Source: an uncultured Clostridia bacterium (GTDB taxonomy: Bacteria; Bacillota; Clostridia; Christensenellales; UBA3700). Taken from it: 64,000 nucleotides of DNA. The notes under the pieces are model-generated. The model did not search any database. It had not been told where the DNA came from and saw only the letters and a list, made by a program, of their open reading frames with translations. Shown one piece after another: positions 30,483-41,000 of the stretch. How positions within the stretch are numbered: position 1 is the first letter of the stretch; every line of letters starts with the position of its first letter. The position numbers and the translations under genes are program-made. The stretch covers positions 11,646 to 75,645 of the forward strand of contig CAOKSY010000006.1 of assembly GCA_948471525.1 (NCBI GenBank). Direction: 5' to 3'.

Positions 30483-31844
30483 CTACATCAACAGTTCGCC
30501 TTCGTCGCTATCGATGACCTGCATTACGCGCACTTCTTTACCGGTGAGAGCGTCGACGAATATATAGAAATTGTAACCGTCCATACTTCCGAAGACCTCA
30601 TAGGTCAAAAGTTCGTTGCCGCCGCGCATAGGGATAAGCGCGAGCCTTACCGAAGTTACGCTCATTCCGCCGAAATCCATATTGGTTATCTCGCCCTCGG
30701 TCACTTTGGGAGTATCGAGTTCTCGAGCAGTGTGATTGTGGATATAATTCAATCCCTCGAATCCCACTATCTTGCCGTCGTCGAGCGAAACTTTGACCTT
30801 TATCATATCGGGATAAAGTATTACGCCGTCTTGTTTATAGCACATATTGACGAATAGAATACCGTCGGTCACGCAGGCATATACTCCTTCCATATTTTCA
30901 TAGCCCTGCTTGGACATATACTGTTCGGCAAGAGTTACGCCTTCTTCCACGCTGAGTTTAGGTTCTTGGGAATCGAACGAACAATCCCACATAACTATCG
31001 CCCCGCCTTTTTTCGCCAACTGTACGCTTGCAATATTGCCGTCTTTCATAGTCACTTGATATAGATAAGAATCAAAGCCGTTGCTGTTTTCGGTAATAAA
31101 CTCTACGCCGCTGACTTCGTAATCGCAAAGTATTCCTTTTATGCGATCTTCCTGACCGTCTTTTGAAACATCTTCTCCGCTCAAGCCCTTGACTTCTCTG
31201 TCAGTAAGCGAATCGCTGAACGCTCCGTCGTATATCAATGACGGATATTCTATCGTGCCGTCTCCGAGCGACGTTGCGATATTGACGAAATCCACATTCA
31301 ATTTTTCTATTCCGCCGACTATCTTCTTGCCCGCTACGAGACTCTCTTTTACTCCGCCGAGGCTTTTGCCGAGTTTGTAAGTCGCCTGATAAAGTCCGTC
31401 GAGATTATTTCTGTCTTCGTCGGTAAGATCGATCCCGTTGGCAATCTTCTGCGCAAGATACTTGCAGTAATCTCCCACCTGATTGCAGTACTTTATCACC
31501 GCGGACATGTCGTAACCGTTATACGACAGCGTAGTCAGATTTGCTACTGCCGTCTGCGAATTCATTGCGATCTCTATCAGCATCTCGTTGACAAGACTTT
31601 GCGTCCTGGTCACGCGGAGTTTTGACAATCCGTTTTCCATATTAAGCAGACTGTCTGTAAGAGTATAATACGCATTCTCGTAATTATACTCGCTGTTTGC
31701 CATCCATTTGGCTTCCTGAGACTTGGATATTCCCAAGAATACCGACAGCACCGTTATCGCGGCTATGACAATTATAGCCATCGTTATCAAAAATGCTTTC
31801 CAGCCCTTTGTCATTACAATTCTGCCGGACGCGTCTCTCAACAT
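30483..31844 (-). CDS. ypeB: Germination protein YpeB-like
   Basis: 453 aa with an N-terminal TM segment. It sits directly downstream of sleB and has PepSY-like C-terminal repeats. The RBS is gaggtg. Confidence 0.8.
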   Translation of the reverse strand: MLRDASGRIVMTKGWKAFLITMAIIVIAAITVLSVFLGISKSQEAKWMANSEYNYENAYYTLTDSLLNMENGLSKLRVTRTQSLVNEMLIEIAMNSQTAVANLTTLSYNGYDMSAVIKYCNQVGDYCKYLAQKIANGIDLTDEDRNNLDGLYQATYKLGKSLGGVKESLVAGKKIVGGIEKLNVDFVNIATSLGDGTIEYPSLIYDGAFSDSLTDREVKGLSGEDVSKDGQEDRIKGILCDYEVSGVEFITENSNGFDSYLYQVTMKDGNIASVQLAKKGGAIVMWDCSFDSQEPKLSVEEGVTLAEQYMSKQGYENMEGVYACVTDGILFVNMCYKQDGVILYPDMIKVKVSLDDGKIVGFEGLNYIHNHTARELDTPKVTEGEITNMDFGGMSVTSVRLALIPMRGGNELLTYEVFGSMDGYNFYIFVDALTGKEVRVMQVIDSDEGELLM

Positions 31845-31856
31845 AATTTCACCTCA

Positions 31857-32552
31857 CTAAACCGCAAACCTATGTTTGCCTATCGTCAATTTGACTTTTC
31901 TCGACCAGATCCAAGAACTCGTTGCGGTTGCCGGATTGTAATAATATATACAACCGTTGGTCGGATCCCATCCGTTCATAGCGTCTCTCGCCGCGTTATA
32001 TGCGCTTGTATTCGGTTCAAGATTGATTTGCCCGTCAGCTACAGCCGTAAACGCATAGGGCTGATAAATTACTCCTGAAATGGAATTGGGGAAGGAACTG
32101 CTGCGCACTCTGTTGAGTACAACCGCGCCTACCGCGACCTGCCCGAGATAAGGCTCCCCTCTCGCTTCCGCATAAATGCACTTTGCGAGCAAATAGATGT
32201 CAGACGAGTTATACGAACTGTTGCTGCTGCTTCCCGACGAAAGCGTCATACCCAGCGCCGCAGCCGTCTTTGCGCCTACGATACCGTCGACGACAAGTCC
32301 GTTTTTCTGCTGAAATCTCTTGACCGCCGCTACAGTTTTTGAACCGTAAATACCGTCCACGGTGCCGCAGTTATAGCCCCATCTGTTGAGCTTTGTCTGC
32401 AAAGTACGCACCTGAGAACCGCTCGATCCGCTCTTGAGTACGGCAACTTCTTCAGTAGGTTCTACGTAGTAAAACGATACCAGTCCGACCGTCAAAGTCA
32501 CCAAAAGCATGAGCGCGACAAGGCTTGTCTTGATAATAACTTTCTTATCCAT
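31857..32552 (-). CDS. sleB: Spore cortex-lytic enzyme SleB
   Basis: The PG-binding repeat is GSQVRTLQTKLNRWGY...VDGIYGSKT. The hydrolase core is YAEARGEPYLGQVAVGAVVLNRV. The start is set at MDKK (RBS aaaggag, 6 nt spacing) rather than the ORF-track start at 32591. Confidence 0.9.
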   Translation of the reverse strand: MDKKVIIKTSLVALMLLVTLTVGLVSFYYVEPTEEVAVLKSGSSGSQVRTLQTKLNRWGYNCGTVDGIYGSKTVAAVKRFQQKNGLVVDGIVGAKTAAALGMTLSSGSSSNSSYNSSDIYLLAKCIYAEARGEPYLGQVAVGAVVLNRVRSSSFPNSISGVIYQPYAFTAVADGQINLEPNTSAYNAARDAMNGWDPTNGCIYYYNPATATSSWIWSRKVKLTIGKHRFAV

Positions 32553-32868
32553 AATTTCTCCTTTTTGCATATTCGATAGGATTATTTCCACGGCAAAAAG
32601 TTTTTATACGCACAAGAAAAAATCAGGACGGTGGCGCAGTATTTTTTGCGTAATCAACCTTCTATAAAATTATTGTATATTTGCTATCTTACGTCTTTTT
32701 TATCAATCGCTTCTCGCGATTTAAATCGACTTAAAATACCGTTGGATAAATAATCTTAGAATTAATCGTATTATATTGCAGTATGACACGACATATTTTG
32801 TTATTATGTTGACATAATATTAATGTTGTTATAAAATAATAATATAAACGAATAAGGAGGTCGAAATA

Positions 32869-33102
32869 ATGTCAATCAATAACAGCTTCAAAAGTTTACC
32901 CAGACTCGTACAGATCATTCTTCTTCTGATACCCGGCGTAAACTGGATCACCGAGATCGTCGTCCGCGCTTCCGCGGCTATGCACGGCAAGGCTTTGAAA
33001 CAAATCATCGTGCTTATTTTTGCAATTCTTCCTACCGGCGTACTGCTCGGCTGGATCGACTTGTTCTCTTGCCTGATACAGAAGAAACTTATTTTAACCT
33101 GA
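32869..33102 (+). CDS. Small two-TM membrane protein (hypothetical)
   Basis: 77 aa with the strong RBS aaggagg and a clean terminator immediately downstream. Confidence 0.65.
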   Translation: MSINNSFKSLPRLVQIILLLIPGVNWITEIVVRASAAMHGKALKQIIVLIFAILPTGVLLGWIDLFSCLIQKKLILT

Positions 33103-33115
33103 TGTTAAAAAATCT

Positions 33116-33146
33116 AAGCCCCGAGAAAATCGGGGCTTACTTTTTC
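33116..33146 (+). terminator. Intrinsic terminator
   Basis: aagccccg-agaaaat-cggggctt, followed by actttttc. Confidence 0.8.
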
Positions 33147-33177
33147 ATATTTAATCTTACTATCGAAATTACTCAAC

Positions 33178-33693
33178 CTATCTGTTAAAGACGTCTTTGA
33201 ACCACGACTTGTACTCAAAGTTTTCGCTCTCTTCTCCCACAAAACAAAGAGGGGGAAATACCACGCACCACCAGTTGTCTCCCTTGCCGCTGCCCAATTC
33301 TATTATCAGCGCGTCGTATACTCCGCTCTCCAAAGTCAGATCGCCGTAAGTACGAACGGGAAATTCTTCTTTTCTGATGCTTACTCTCGACGTATAACCG
33401 TAGCCGTTTTTGGAAAGCACGCCGTCTGCGACTTTGGTCATCGCGGCAATATTATCGCCGAGTATTTCCATCGCCTGCTTTTTGTCGGCAACTCCCTCGA
33501 GTTTCGGGCTCATATATTCGACAATACTCTCTTTTACTTTATATTTGACGCTTTGATCTACAGCGTCGTTGCTGTTCGCTCTTATATGTATCCTAAGGTA
33601 TGTGTCTTCGGGACTTTGAGTCTGGGTTTTTGCGACCATTATCACCGCTCCCAATAGTATTACGCACAAAATTATTACTGCCGCGACCTTCAT
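33178..33693 (-). CDS. spoIIR: Stage II sporulation protein R
   Basis: LRIHIRANSN and GDNWWCVVFPPLCF are SpoIIR hallmarks. An N-terminal signal/TM segment is present. Confidence 0.9.
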   Translation of the reverse strand: MKVAAVIILCVILLGAVIMVAKTQTQSPEDTYLRIHIRANSNDAVDQSVKYKVKESIVEYMSPKLEGVADKKQAMEILGDNIAAMTKVADGVLSKNGYGYTSRVSIRKEEFPVRTYGDLTLESGVYDALIIELGSGKGDNWWCVVFPPLCFVGEESENFEYKSWFKDVFNR

Positions 33694-33720
33694 TGTTCAC
33701 CTCTTCGATCAAGATATTTC

Positions 33721-33750
33721 GATTATTGCCAAAAATAACGTTTTGATACA
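33721..33750 (-). promoter_or_regulatory. Candidate sigma-F-type promoter upstream of spoIIR
   Basis: The minus strand reads tGTATC, a 14-nt spacer, then GGCAATAATC. This is close to the B. subtilis sigma-F -10 pattern GGnRAnAnTW as I recall it. It lies 27 nt upstream of the ATG. Confidence 0.35.
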
Positions 33751-34061
33751 CGGTCAAATGGATTTCTCAGAAAAATCTTTCACAGTTGTCAAATTATTAT
33801 TTGCCGTAATCAAAATACCGGAGCGTATTTATCGTCACATCATAGCAAACCGACAGTTTCCATATTTTCGCGCGTATCGTAACAGTTATGATATTTATTG
33901 CGCAGTTTGTGATCCAATCGCCTTTATTGTATGCCGGCTAATCGATCGCGCCGAGAGTATCCGCACCGAAAAGTAGTATTCGCGAACGATTGACAAATCG
34001 CTTATTTTTAGTATAAAATATTAATTAACATTAAATAGACGGGAATCAAGAGGATTTTTAA

Positions 34062-35432
34062 ATGGCATTAAAAGACGTAGAGACAGGAAGATATATAAGC
34101 AATCTCAGCGAAAAGTGTCTCGCAAACAGCGTGATAGAACCTGAATTGTTTATACAGCACAAGGTAAATAAAGGATTGAGAGACCAAAAAGGTAAAGGCG
34201 TGCTTACCGGACTTACCAACATAAGCGACGTCATCGCCAAAAAAGTGGTCAACGGCGAAGAAATACCCTGCGAGGGAAAACTCTATTATCGCGGTTACAA
34301 CATCAACGATCTGTGCGCTGATTTTCTTTCCAACGACAGATACGGATTTGAAGAAGTTGTATATCTTTTGCTGTTCGGCGAACTGCCTGATGACAAAGAA
34401 CTCTCCAACTTCAAGACCGTGCTTGCCAAAAACAGAAAATCTCTCCCCAACTCTTTTGTAAGAGATATAATAATGAAAGCGCCGAGCAACGATATGATGA
34501 ACTCGCTTGCGAGAAGCGTGCTGACGCTCTATTCCTATGACGATAAGGCAAACGACACTTCGATACGCAACGTACTCAATCAGTGTCTGCAACTCATTGC
34601 GCTTTTCCCTCTTCTTTCGGTATACGGATATCAAGCGTACGATTATTATATAAAGGAAAATCATTCTTTCTTCATTCACGAACCGAAAGACGATCTTTCC
34701 ACTGCAGAAAATATTCTGCATATGTTGAGAATCGACAGTAAATATACCAAGCTCGAAGCTAGAGTGCTCGACCTCGCGCTCGTTCTCCATGCGGAACACG
34801 GCGGCGGCAACAACTCTACTTTTACTGCGCGCGCGGTATCGTCTTCCGGCACTGATACTTATTCCGCGATCGCGGCTGCTATAGGCTCGCTCAAAGGACC
34901 TAAGCACGGCGGAGCGAATATAAAGGTATCTCAGATGTTTGCGGACATAAAGAAAAACGTAGCTGACTGGAACGACGACGAAGAAATAGCCGCATATCTC
35001 AATAAGATCCTCAACAAAGAAGCCTTTGACAAGAGCGGTCTTATATACGGTATAGGTCACGCGGTATACTCGCTGTCCGATCCCAGAGCTCTCCTGCTCA
35101 AGAAATCTACAAAAAATCTCAGCGAAGAAAAAGGACTTGACAAAGATTTCAATCTCTATTCCAAAGTAGAGGAAATCGCGATAAAACTCATCTCCGATCA
35201 GCGTCACATATATAAGGGCGTAAGCGCAAACATAGATTTCTACAGCGGATTTATATACGATATGCTAGGCTTGCCGCAGGAACTCTATACCCCGATATTC
35301 GCTATATCGAGAATCGCCGGTTGGTCGGCCCACAGACTTGAGGAACTGATAAATTCTTCCAAGATAATGCGTCCTGCGTACAACTGCGCTCAACCTGCGC
35401 TCGAATACATACCTATGTCTAAACGTAATTGA
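34062..35432 (+). CDS. Citrate synthase family protein
   Basis: LHAEHGGGNNSTF, GPKHGGAN and GIGHAVY are catalytic His-containing motifs. 456 aa. Confidence 0.92.
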   Translation: MALKDVETGRYISNLSEKCLANSVIEPELFIQHKVNKGLRDQKGKGVLTGLTNISDVIAKKVVNGEEIPCEGKLYYRGYNINDLCADFLSNDRYGFEEVVYLLLFGELPDDKELSNFKTVLAKNRKSLPNSFVRDIIMKAPSNDMMNSLARSVLTLYSYDDKANDTSIRNVLNQCLQLIALFPLLSVYGYQAYDYYIKENHSFFIHEPKDDLSTAENILHMLRIDSKYTKLEARVLDLALVLHAEHGGGNNSTFTARAVSSSGTDTYSAIAAAIGSLKGPKHGGANIKVSQMFADIKKNVADWNDDEEIAAYLNKILNKEAFDKSGLIYGIGHAVYSLSDPRALLLKKSTKNLSEEKGLDKDFNLYSKVEEIAIKLISDQRHIYKGVSANIDFYSGFIYDMLGLPQELYTPIFAISRIAGWSAHRLEELINSSKIMRPAYNCAQPALEYIPMSKRN

Positions 35433-35447
35433 TAGATATACTCAACT

Positions 35448-35482
35448 AAATGCCTGCGACAAAATCGCAGGCATTTTCTTTT
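35448..35482 (+). terminator. Intrinsic terminator of citrate synthase
   Basis: aaatgcctgcg-acaaaat-cgcaggcatttt, followed by ctttt. Confidence 0.8.
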
Positions 35483-35494
35483 ACTCAATAAGTA

Positions 35495-35516
35495 AGGCGA
35501 CCGCTTACGGTCGCCT
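35495..35516 (-). terminator. Stem-loop after the nfeD-floA operon
   Basis: AGGCGACCG-ctta-CGGTCGCCT is a perfect 9-bp stem, 8 nt after the stop at 35524. The trailing sequence on the minus strand is only moderately T-rich. Confidence 0.5.
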
Positions 35517-35523
35517 ATTTGAC

Positions 35524-36081
35524 TTAACGTCTGACGTTGTTACGTCTGAATGCGGGGTTGTTGATCACTTCGCCGTACACGATCGCTTTTTGCAGATCTG
35601 TGAGTTCCTTAGTCTGCACGTCGTTTGAATCGAGTTTTACAAAACGCACGTCATAATGATCTTCGCATCCTTCGGTAGATTTTCCGCCGATGCTGTTCAT
35701 CACGGGAACGTACTCTACTCTATAACGGTCTTTGGATTCGTGAGGCACCGCGCAGTGCGACTGATGATGACCTCCCGCCTGCGTAGCGCGAACCGTCCTC
35801 GAGTCGTCGGGTCTTTGACCCGACGACCTATTTGCACCGTAATCCCGCGCTCTGTTCGCAAAGTCTTCCGAGCGCTGAGTATTCCTGTCTGCAAGCTGCC
35901 TGGGCGACTGCTGTCTGTCTGAGGCAGAATTTTCCGACTGTTTTAACTCGTTCATCTTCTCGTCAAACTTTTTGACCGCTTGAGCAGATTCTTCTTTCTT
36001 TTTCTGTTGTTTGACTTCTTTCATTACCGACGCTATTATAGCGATCGCCACTATCGGAATGAAGACTAATGCAAATCCCAT
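35524..36081 (-). CDS. Hypothetical membrane-anchored protein, third gene of the nfeD-floA operon
   Basis: 185 aa with an N-terminal TM segment, a charged linker, and His/Cys residues in the C-terminal part (HHQSHCAVPHE...GCEDHYD). Its start overlaps the floA stop (TAATG). Confidence 0.7.
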   Translation of the reverse strand: MGFALVFIPIVAIAIIASVMKEVKQQKKKEESAQAVKKFDEKMNELKQSENSASDRQQSPRQLADRNTQRSEDFANRARDYGANRSSGQRPDDSRTVRATQAGGHHQSHCAVPHESKDRYRVEYVPVMNSIGGKSTEGCEDHYDVRFVKLDSNDVQTKELTDLQKAIVYGEVINNPAFRRNNVRR

Positions 36082-37118
36082 TATTTCTTATCCTTCTTCT
36101 TCGACGAAGACTCTATTGTCTGCGACGGCTGTTCAACATTTCCTATAGCGTTACGCATATTGGTATCTGCCATCATATTCTGCATATTGTAATAGTCCAT
36201 TACGCCGAGTTTGCCGCTTTTGAGCGCTTCCGCCATAGCCTTGGGGACTTGAGATTCCGCTTCGATAACCAATGCCTTCATCTCCTGCGTCTTCGCTTTC
36301 ATTTCCTGTTCGAGAGCGACTGCCATCGCGCGTCTTTCTTCCGCTTTCGCTTCCGCTATGCGCTTATCCGCTTCCGCCTGATCCATCTGAAGTTGAGCGC
36401 CTATATTTCTTCCTACGTCGATATCCGCGATATCTATGGACAGAATTTCATAAGCCGTGCCGCTGTCAAGACCTTTGTTGAGGACGGTCTTGGAGATAGC
36501 GTCTGGATTTTCAAGAACGTCTTTATGCGTTTCTGCAGAACCTACCGTAGTGACGATACCTTCGCCGATACGCGCAATTATCGTATCCTCGCCTGCGCCG
36601 CCGATAAGACGGGTGATGTTGGCTCTTACGGTCACTCTTGCCTTAACTCTCAATTCGATACCGTTTTTGGCGATAGCCGAAATTGCCGGAGTCTCGATAA
36701 CTTTGGGATTGACGGACACTTTTACCGCATTGAGAACGTCTCTGCCCGCGAGGTCGATAGCTCTTGCTGTCTCAGCCGTCAATTCCATATTTGCCGAGTG
36801 AGCGGAAATAAGAGCGTTGACAACTTTAATAACGTCACCTCTTGCAAGCACGTGACTTTCGAGCTCGTCTATCGAGATATCAAGTCCCGCTTTTTTTGCG
36901 GAAATGTAAGCGTCCACGAGAGGAATAACTTTGATGCCTCTCCACTTCATTCCTATGAGTCTCGCCATAGAGATCTTGACGCCCGATACCAAGGCACGGA
37001 ACCAGATCCTGATAGGCAAAAGACCGAAGAGTAAAGCTATTAATAAAAGCAATACTACTGCGACCACCACGATTGCTATAATACCGCCGGTAGTTATAGC
37101 CAATGCTGATAAGATCAT
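36081..37118 (-). CDS. floA: Flotillin-like protein FloA (UPF0365/YqfA family)
   Basis: N-terminal TM hairpin, then [27 protein letters not shown]... and an Ala/Glu-rich coiled C-terminus. The start is set at MILSAL (RBS aaggag), not at 37169. Confidence 0.88.
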   Translation of the reverse strand: MILSALAITTGGIIAIVVVAVVLLLLIALLFGLLPIRIWFRALVSGVKISMARLIGMKWRGIKVIPLVDAYISAKKAGLDISIDELESHVLARGDVIKVVNALISAHSANMELTAETARAIDLAGRDVLNAVKVSVNPKVIETPAISAIAKNGIELRVKARVTVRANITRLIGGAGEDTIIARIGEGIVTTVGSAETHKDVLENPDAISKTVLNKGLDSGTAYEILSIDIADIDVGRNIGAQLQMDQAEADKRIAEAKAEERRAMAVALEQEMKAKTQEMKALVIEAESQVPKAMAEALKSGKLGVMDYYNMQNMMADTNMRNAIGNVEQPSQTIESSSKKKDKK

Positions 37119-37197
37119 TTCTTTTCTCCTTTTAAAAATTGATTTTTGATTTATCGCGCCGCCGCGCATATTACGCGGCAGCGGTCTTTACTATTTG

Positions 37198-37752
37198 TTA
37201 CGCTACTTCGCGAACGATGATCTTCACGCCCTCTACAGAAACGACTTCGATATTTCTGCCGCTCTCGATGAGCGCCGACTGAGCAACCACACTGTATATC
37301 TTGCCTTCTATCGTCGCGTTGCCACCCGGACGCAAAACGCTGCTTGCGACACCGCTCTTTCCGACAAGATCGCTATAGTCTTCCGTACCTTTGGTGATAC
37401 CCGTCGGAACGGCTGTGGACGACTGAACCAACGACGTGCGAGACAGTCTTCCCTTGCGCATAGAATGTACCATTATGATCAATGCTACGCCCACTACGAC
37501 GGTGACCGACAGCAACATCACGAAAAACTGTATTATAGGATTTCCGCTCTTGCTGGTATAAAGTCTCACCGCTATACCCAAAATAACGAGTATTGCTCCG
37601 CATATTCCGAAGAAACCGAAGCCGGGTTGAAATATCTCCACAATAATAAATACCGTGCCGAGTATCAGCAATATGGCAGGAATTATACCTATCTCTCCGA
37701 ACGCTATACGCAATTCTTCCCAAAATGTAAGTCCGTTACTTGCCAATAACAT
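37198..37752 (-). CDS. NfeD family membrane protein
   Basis: TM-rich N-terminus plus a C-terminal OB-like segment, GVASSVLRPGGNATIEGKIYSVVAQ...VEGVKIIVREV. The start is at MLLASN (RBS aaggagg, 8 nt spacing). Confidence 0.85.
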   Translation of the reverse strand: MLLASNGLTFWEELRIAFGEIGIIPAILLILGTVFIIVEIFQPGFGFFGICGAILVILGIAVRLYTSKSGNPIIQFFVMLLSVTVVVGVALIIMVHSMRKGRLSRTSLVQSSTAVPTGITKGTEDYSDLVGKSGVASSVLRPGGNATIEGKIYSVVAQSALIESGRNIEVVSVEGVKIIVREVA

Positions 37753-38016
37753 TTTCGTCACCTCCTTGATACTATTATATCTCAACAGCCGAGATAAATC
37801 AACTGCCTATTTCGTCCGATTATACGCAAATGCTGTAATTTTTACAAAATTGCACATTTGTTATATATATCAATATAATACGTACCTGCATATTTATTTC
37901 ATCAATACCGATATATGCAAAAGATCCCGCCGCAAAAAGCAACGGGATCTGTCGAATTTTGATTTCATCCGTCGAAATGACTTGATTCCCGTCGGATATT
38001 GTCGGAGCGCGTCGGT

Positions 38017-41000
38017 TTACGCCGATTGCTTTCCGCCTTTCTTTTTCTTGACTACGATCACTGCAACGACCGCAGCTGCCGCAAGGATAACGACCGGTAT
38101 GATTATTCCGAGTACCAAACCTACGTTGGATCCCGACTTAACTTCTACCTCGAATACCTTGCTGATACCGTCGTAGTTCTGGTTGCCGTCTACGGTCACC
38201 ACCACGTAATACTTGCCCTTGGGCGCGTCGGCGAGGTTTTCGGTATATTCCTGCGTGAGCGCCGCGTCGGTGTAATACTTGACGGTAGCGTTGCCGTACT
38301 TGGACGATACGGAAGCAAAGTCAGCCAATGCAGGCAAACCTCCGTCCAAATCGGGCAATACTATTTCGCCGATAAAGCTGTTGGCAGCCTTTGTGATATT
38401 GAACGAAACGGAAGTATTGGACGCCGTCGGACTGAGCGTATAGTTGGGGTTCTTGACCGTAAACGCTCTTGCGGTATAGCTTCCGACGTTGATAGCAACG
38501 CCCTCGTCTATTATTACATCAAATTCTACTACGTCTCCGTTGATTGCGCCTACGCCGCTTGCTATAGGAGCCTGCGACTGCGGCGTATTGTTGAGTTCTT
38601 TATACTCAAGCGTCGTGTTGGACCATACGATAGCTGTGATCACCTTGGGACTGATCGCAAATTCGCAAGTTGCGCCTTCCTCGGGAAGTCTGTAATTCTT
38701 GTTGAGTAATTCTACTACCGTAGCGATATGCGTACCTGCATTTGCATTTGCTCCGCCTACTACTACTTCGCATACGTCGGAACCGAAGAGCGATGCCTGA
38801 TCGACGTGAGCCGTCGGGCACTGCGGATTGCCGTTATAGGCAAACGACGCTACATCCCATACGATATTGACTTCCGCAGGAAGAATAGTGAATTCCTGAG
38901 TGGAGACAGCCTTATAGTTGCTGTTGGTAAGCGAAGTGATGCTTGCAGTATGCGTGCCCGCGCTGAACTGCGGAGCGCTTACGGTAACGTCGCACTCGTC
39001 GCCGAAGAGCAATCCGCCTACCGTCGCTGTAAGTCCGTGCGCCTCGCCGTCGTATACGAACGTCGTCTGCGAAGACCAAGTGATCTCTACTTCTCTGGGA
39101 AGAATCTCGTAGGTTACCGTTCTGCTCTCTTCGGATACTTTATAGTTGGGGTTGTTGGAAAGCACTACTATAGTTACTTCGTACTTACCCACGTCCTTCT
39201 GCGAATGGTTGATATATGTGGGCGCTTCGATCCTGTCGTTGCCTACCAAGCCTTCGAATCCCGCTACTTTAAGCAACTGATAGTCGCCGTTGTAGACTAC
39301 GCTTGCCGTACCCCAATCCGCTGTTATCGTCTTGGGTACTATATGGTACGGAGTAGGATCCTGAGCGGAAGAATCGTCGAGCGCAATTTCGATATAGGAG
39401 TTTTCGTATTCCAATACGAGAGCGTATCTGCCTGCGTCTACGGCGTTTTCTCTTATCGAGAATTTGACGATATCCTTTAGGTCTACCGCGAGAGTTCCGC
39501 TCTTGACGGAAATATTCATTCTTTCATAGATCTCATCGGACGTGAGCGCTGTCTGTCCGTATTCTACTTCGACGGGATCCGCGCTGTAGACTACTCTGGC
39601 CTTGTTGACTACAAGCGTAAATCTGCCGTATTTGGTATTGTGGTTGGCGATAGTTATCTCATAATATATGATTGCTCCTTCCGCGCCGGTAACGCCTTCT
39701 ATACCGGGAAGAGTATCGGTGTATTCGCCGTCTGCTCTATCGGAGTATTTGACTGTAGCCGTATTCCACTTGGATCCCATATCTCCGGCGAGAGTTATTC
39801 TCTCTTCTACGTTTTCCGCAATGTAAGACTTGAGATCGACCGTCTGAACGGATCCGTCGTAAGTAACGGTATTGCGCTGTACGTTGACGGTGATGTCTGC
39901 CGGTACAACGTGGAGATATGCCTCGCTGAACTCGATGTCGTAGTCCAAATTGGTCCACTCAGCCGCAATCCTGTAATCTTTTACCGGAACGTATCCGGAA
40001 GTCGGCAAGCCCTGCAGAGAAAGCGTTATGCCGGGATTGGAAAGGTCTACGCCTTCCGCTTGCCAAGCCGCGTTGGACTTATCCCATACTGGCTCACCTA
40101 CAAATCCGTACGTCACCTGCTGAGTATTGAAGATAGTCACGTTTACCTTGAGCGGAACGATCTTATAGTCGATACTGATATTGGATTCAAGCTGATAGTT
40201 CGCCGTAGTTTCGCCGCTCTGCAATACTGCCTCCGCGGTATATTTTTCTATGCCTGCGCTGAGATTAGTGTGCACGTGTTCGATACCCAATGCGCCGAGT
40301 TTTATCCAATCCTCTACCTGTTGCGAACCGTCCCATTTCGTGCCCTGTATGTAAGCGTTGATCGTAAGCGGTCTTCCGGTATAGGTAAATTCGTATCCGT
40401 CGCCGATTGCCTGACCGGTGATATGATCTCCGTCAAACCACTGAACGCTGATCTTCTGCGGAGTGATGACAAACGCGCTTGCGTTACATCTTGCTCCGTC
40501 TACGACCGCATACTCTACTATGTAGTTGCGACGTTCGTCCTCTTCGTTGCCGTCGAGTTTTGCAAACTTGTGATATACGCGGTAATTGCCTACGCTGTTG
40601 GCAAAGTTATTTGCCTCTGTGGGATCGCCGCCGTCGGCGCCCTGCTCTCCGCCTGCTACTACGTAGAAGATGAAAGAGTCTCCGATATTGGCTATGGTCA
40701 CGGGCTTGCCGCCTGCGGTGACCGTATACGTCACGCCCGTGCCGCGTTTGATATGATCGGATATATCTTTCTCGGTCCTGTCGCCGATAGGTCTGCCGTA
40801 TTCCTTGGTCGCCTTGCCCGGCATATTTATTGTTACGTTTACGGCTCTAATCTCAAACGTGAGGTTTGTTCTGATCCTTGCCTTGTGGTTGGGAGCATTT
40901 ACTCTTACCGCAAACTCGTACAAGCCTGCGTTTCTAAACTTAAAGTCTGCTCCGCTCACCCATCCGGTTTCGTCTTCGATATCGGAACTTACGTTGATGA

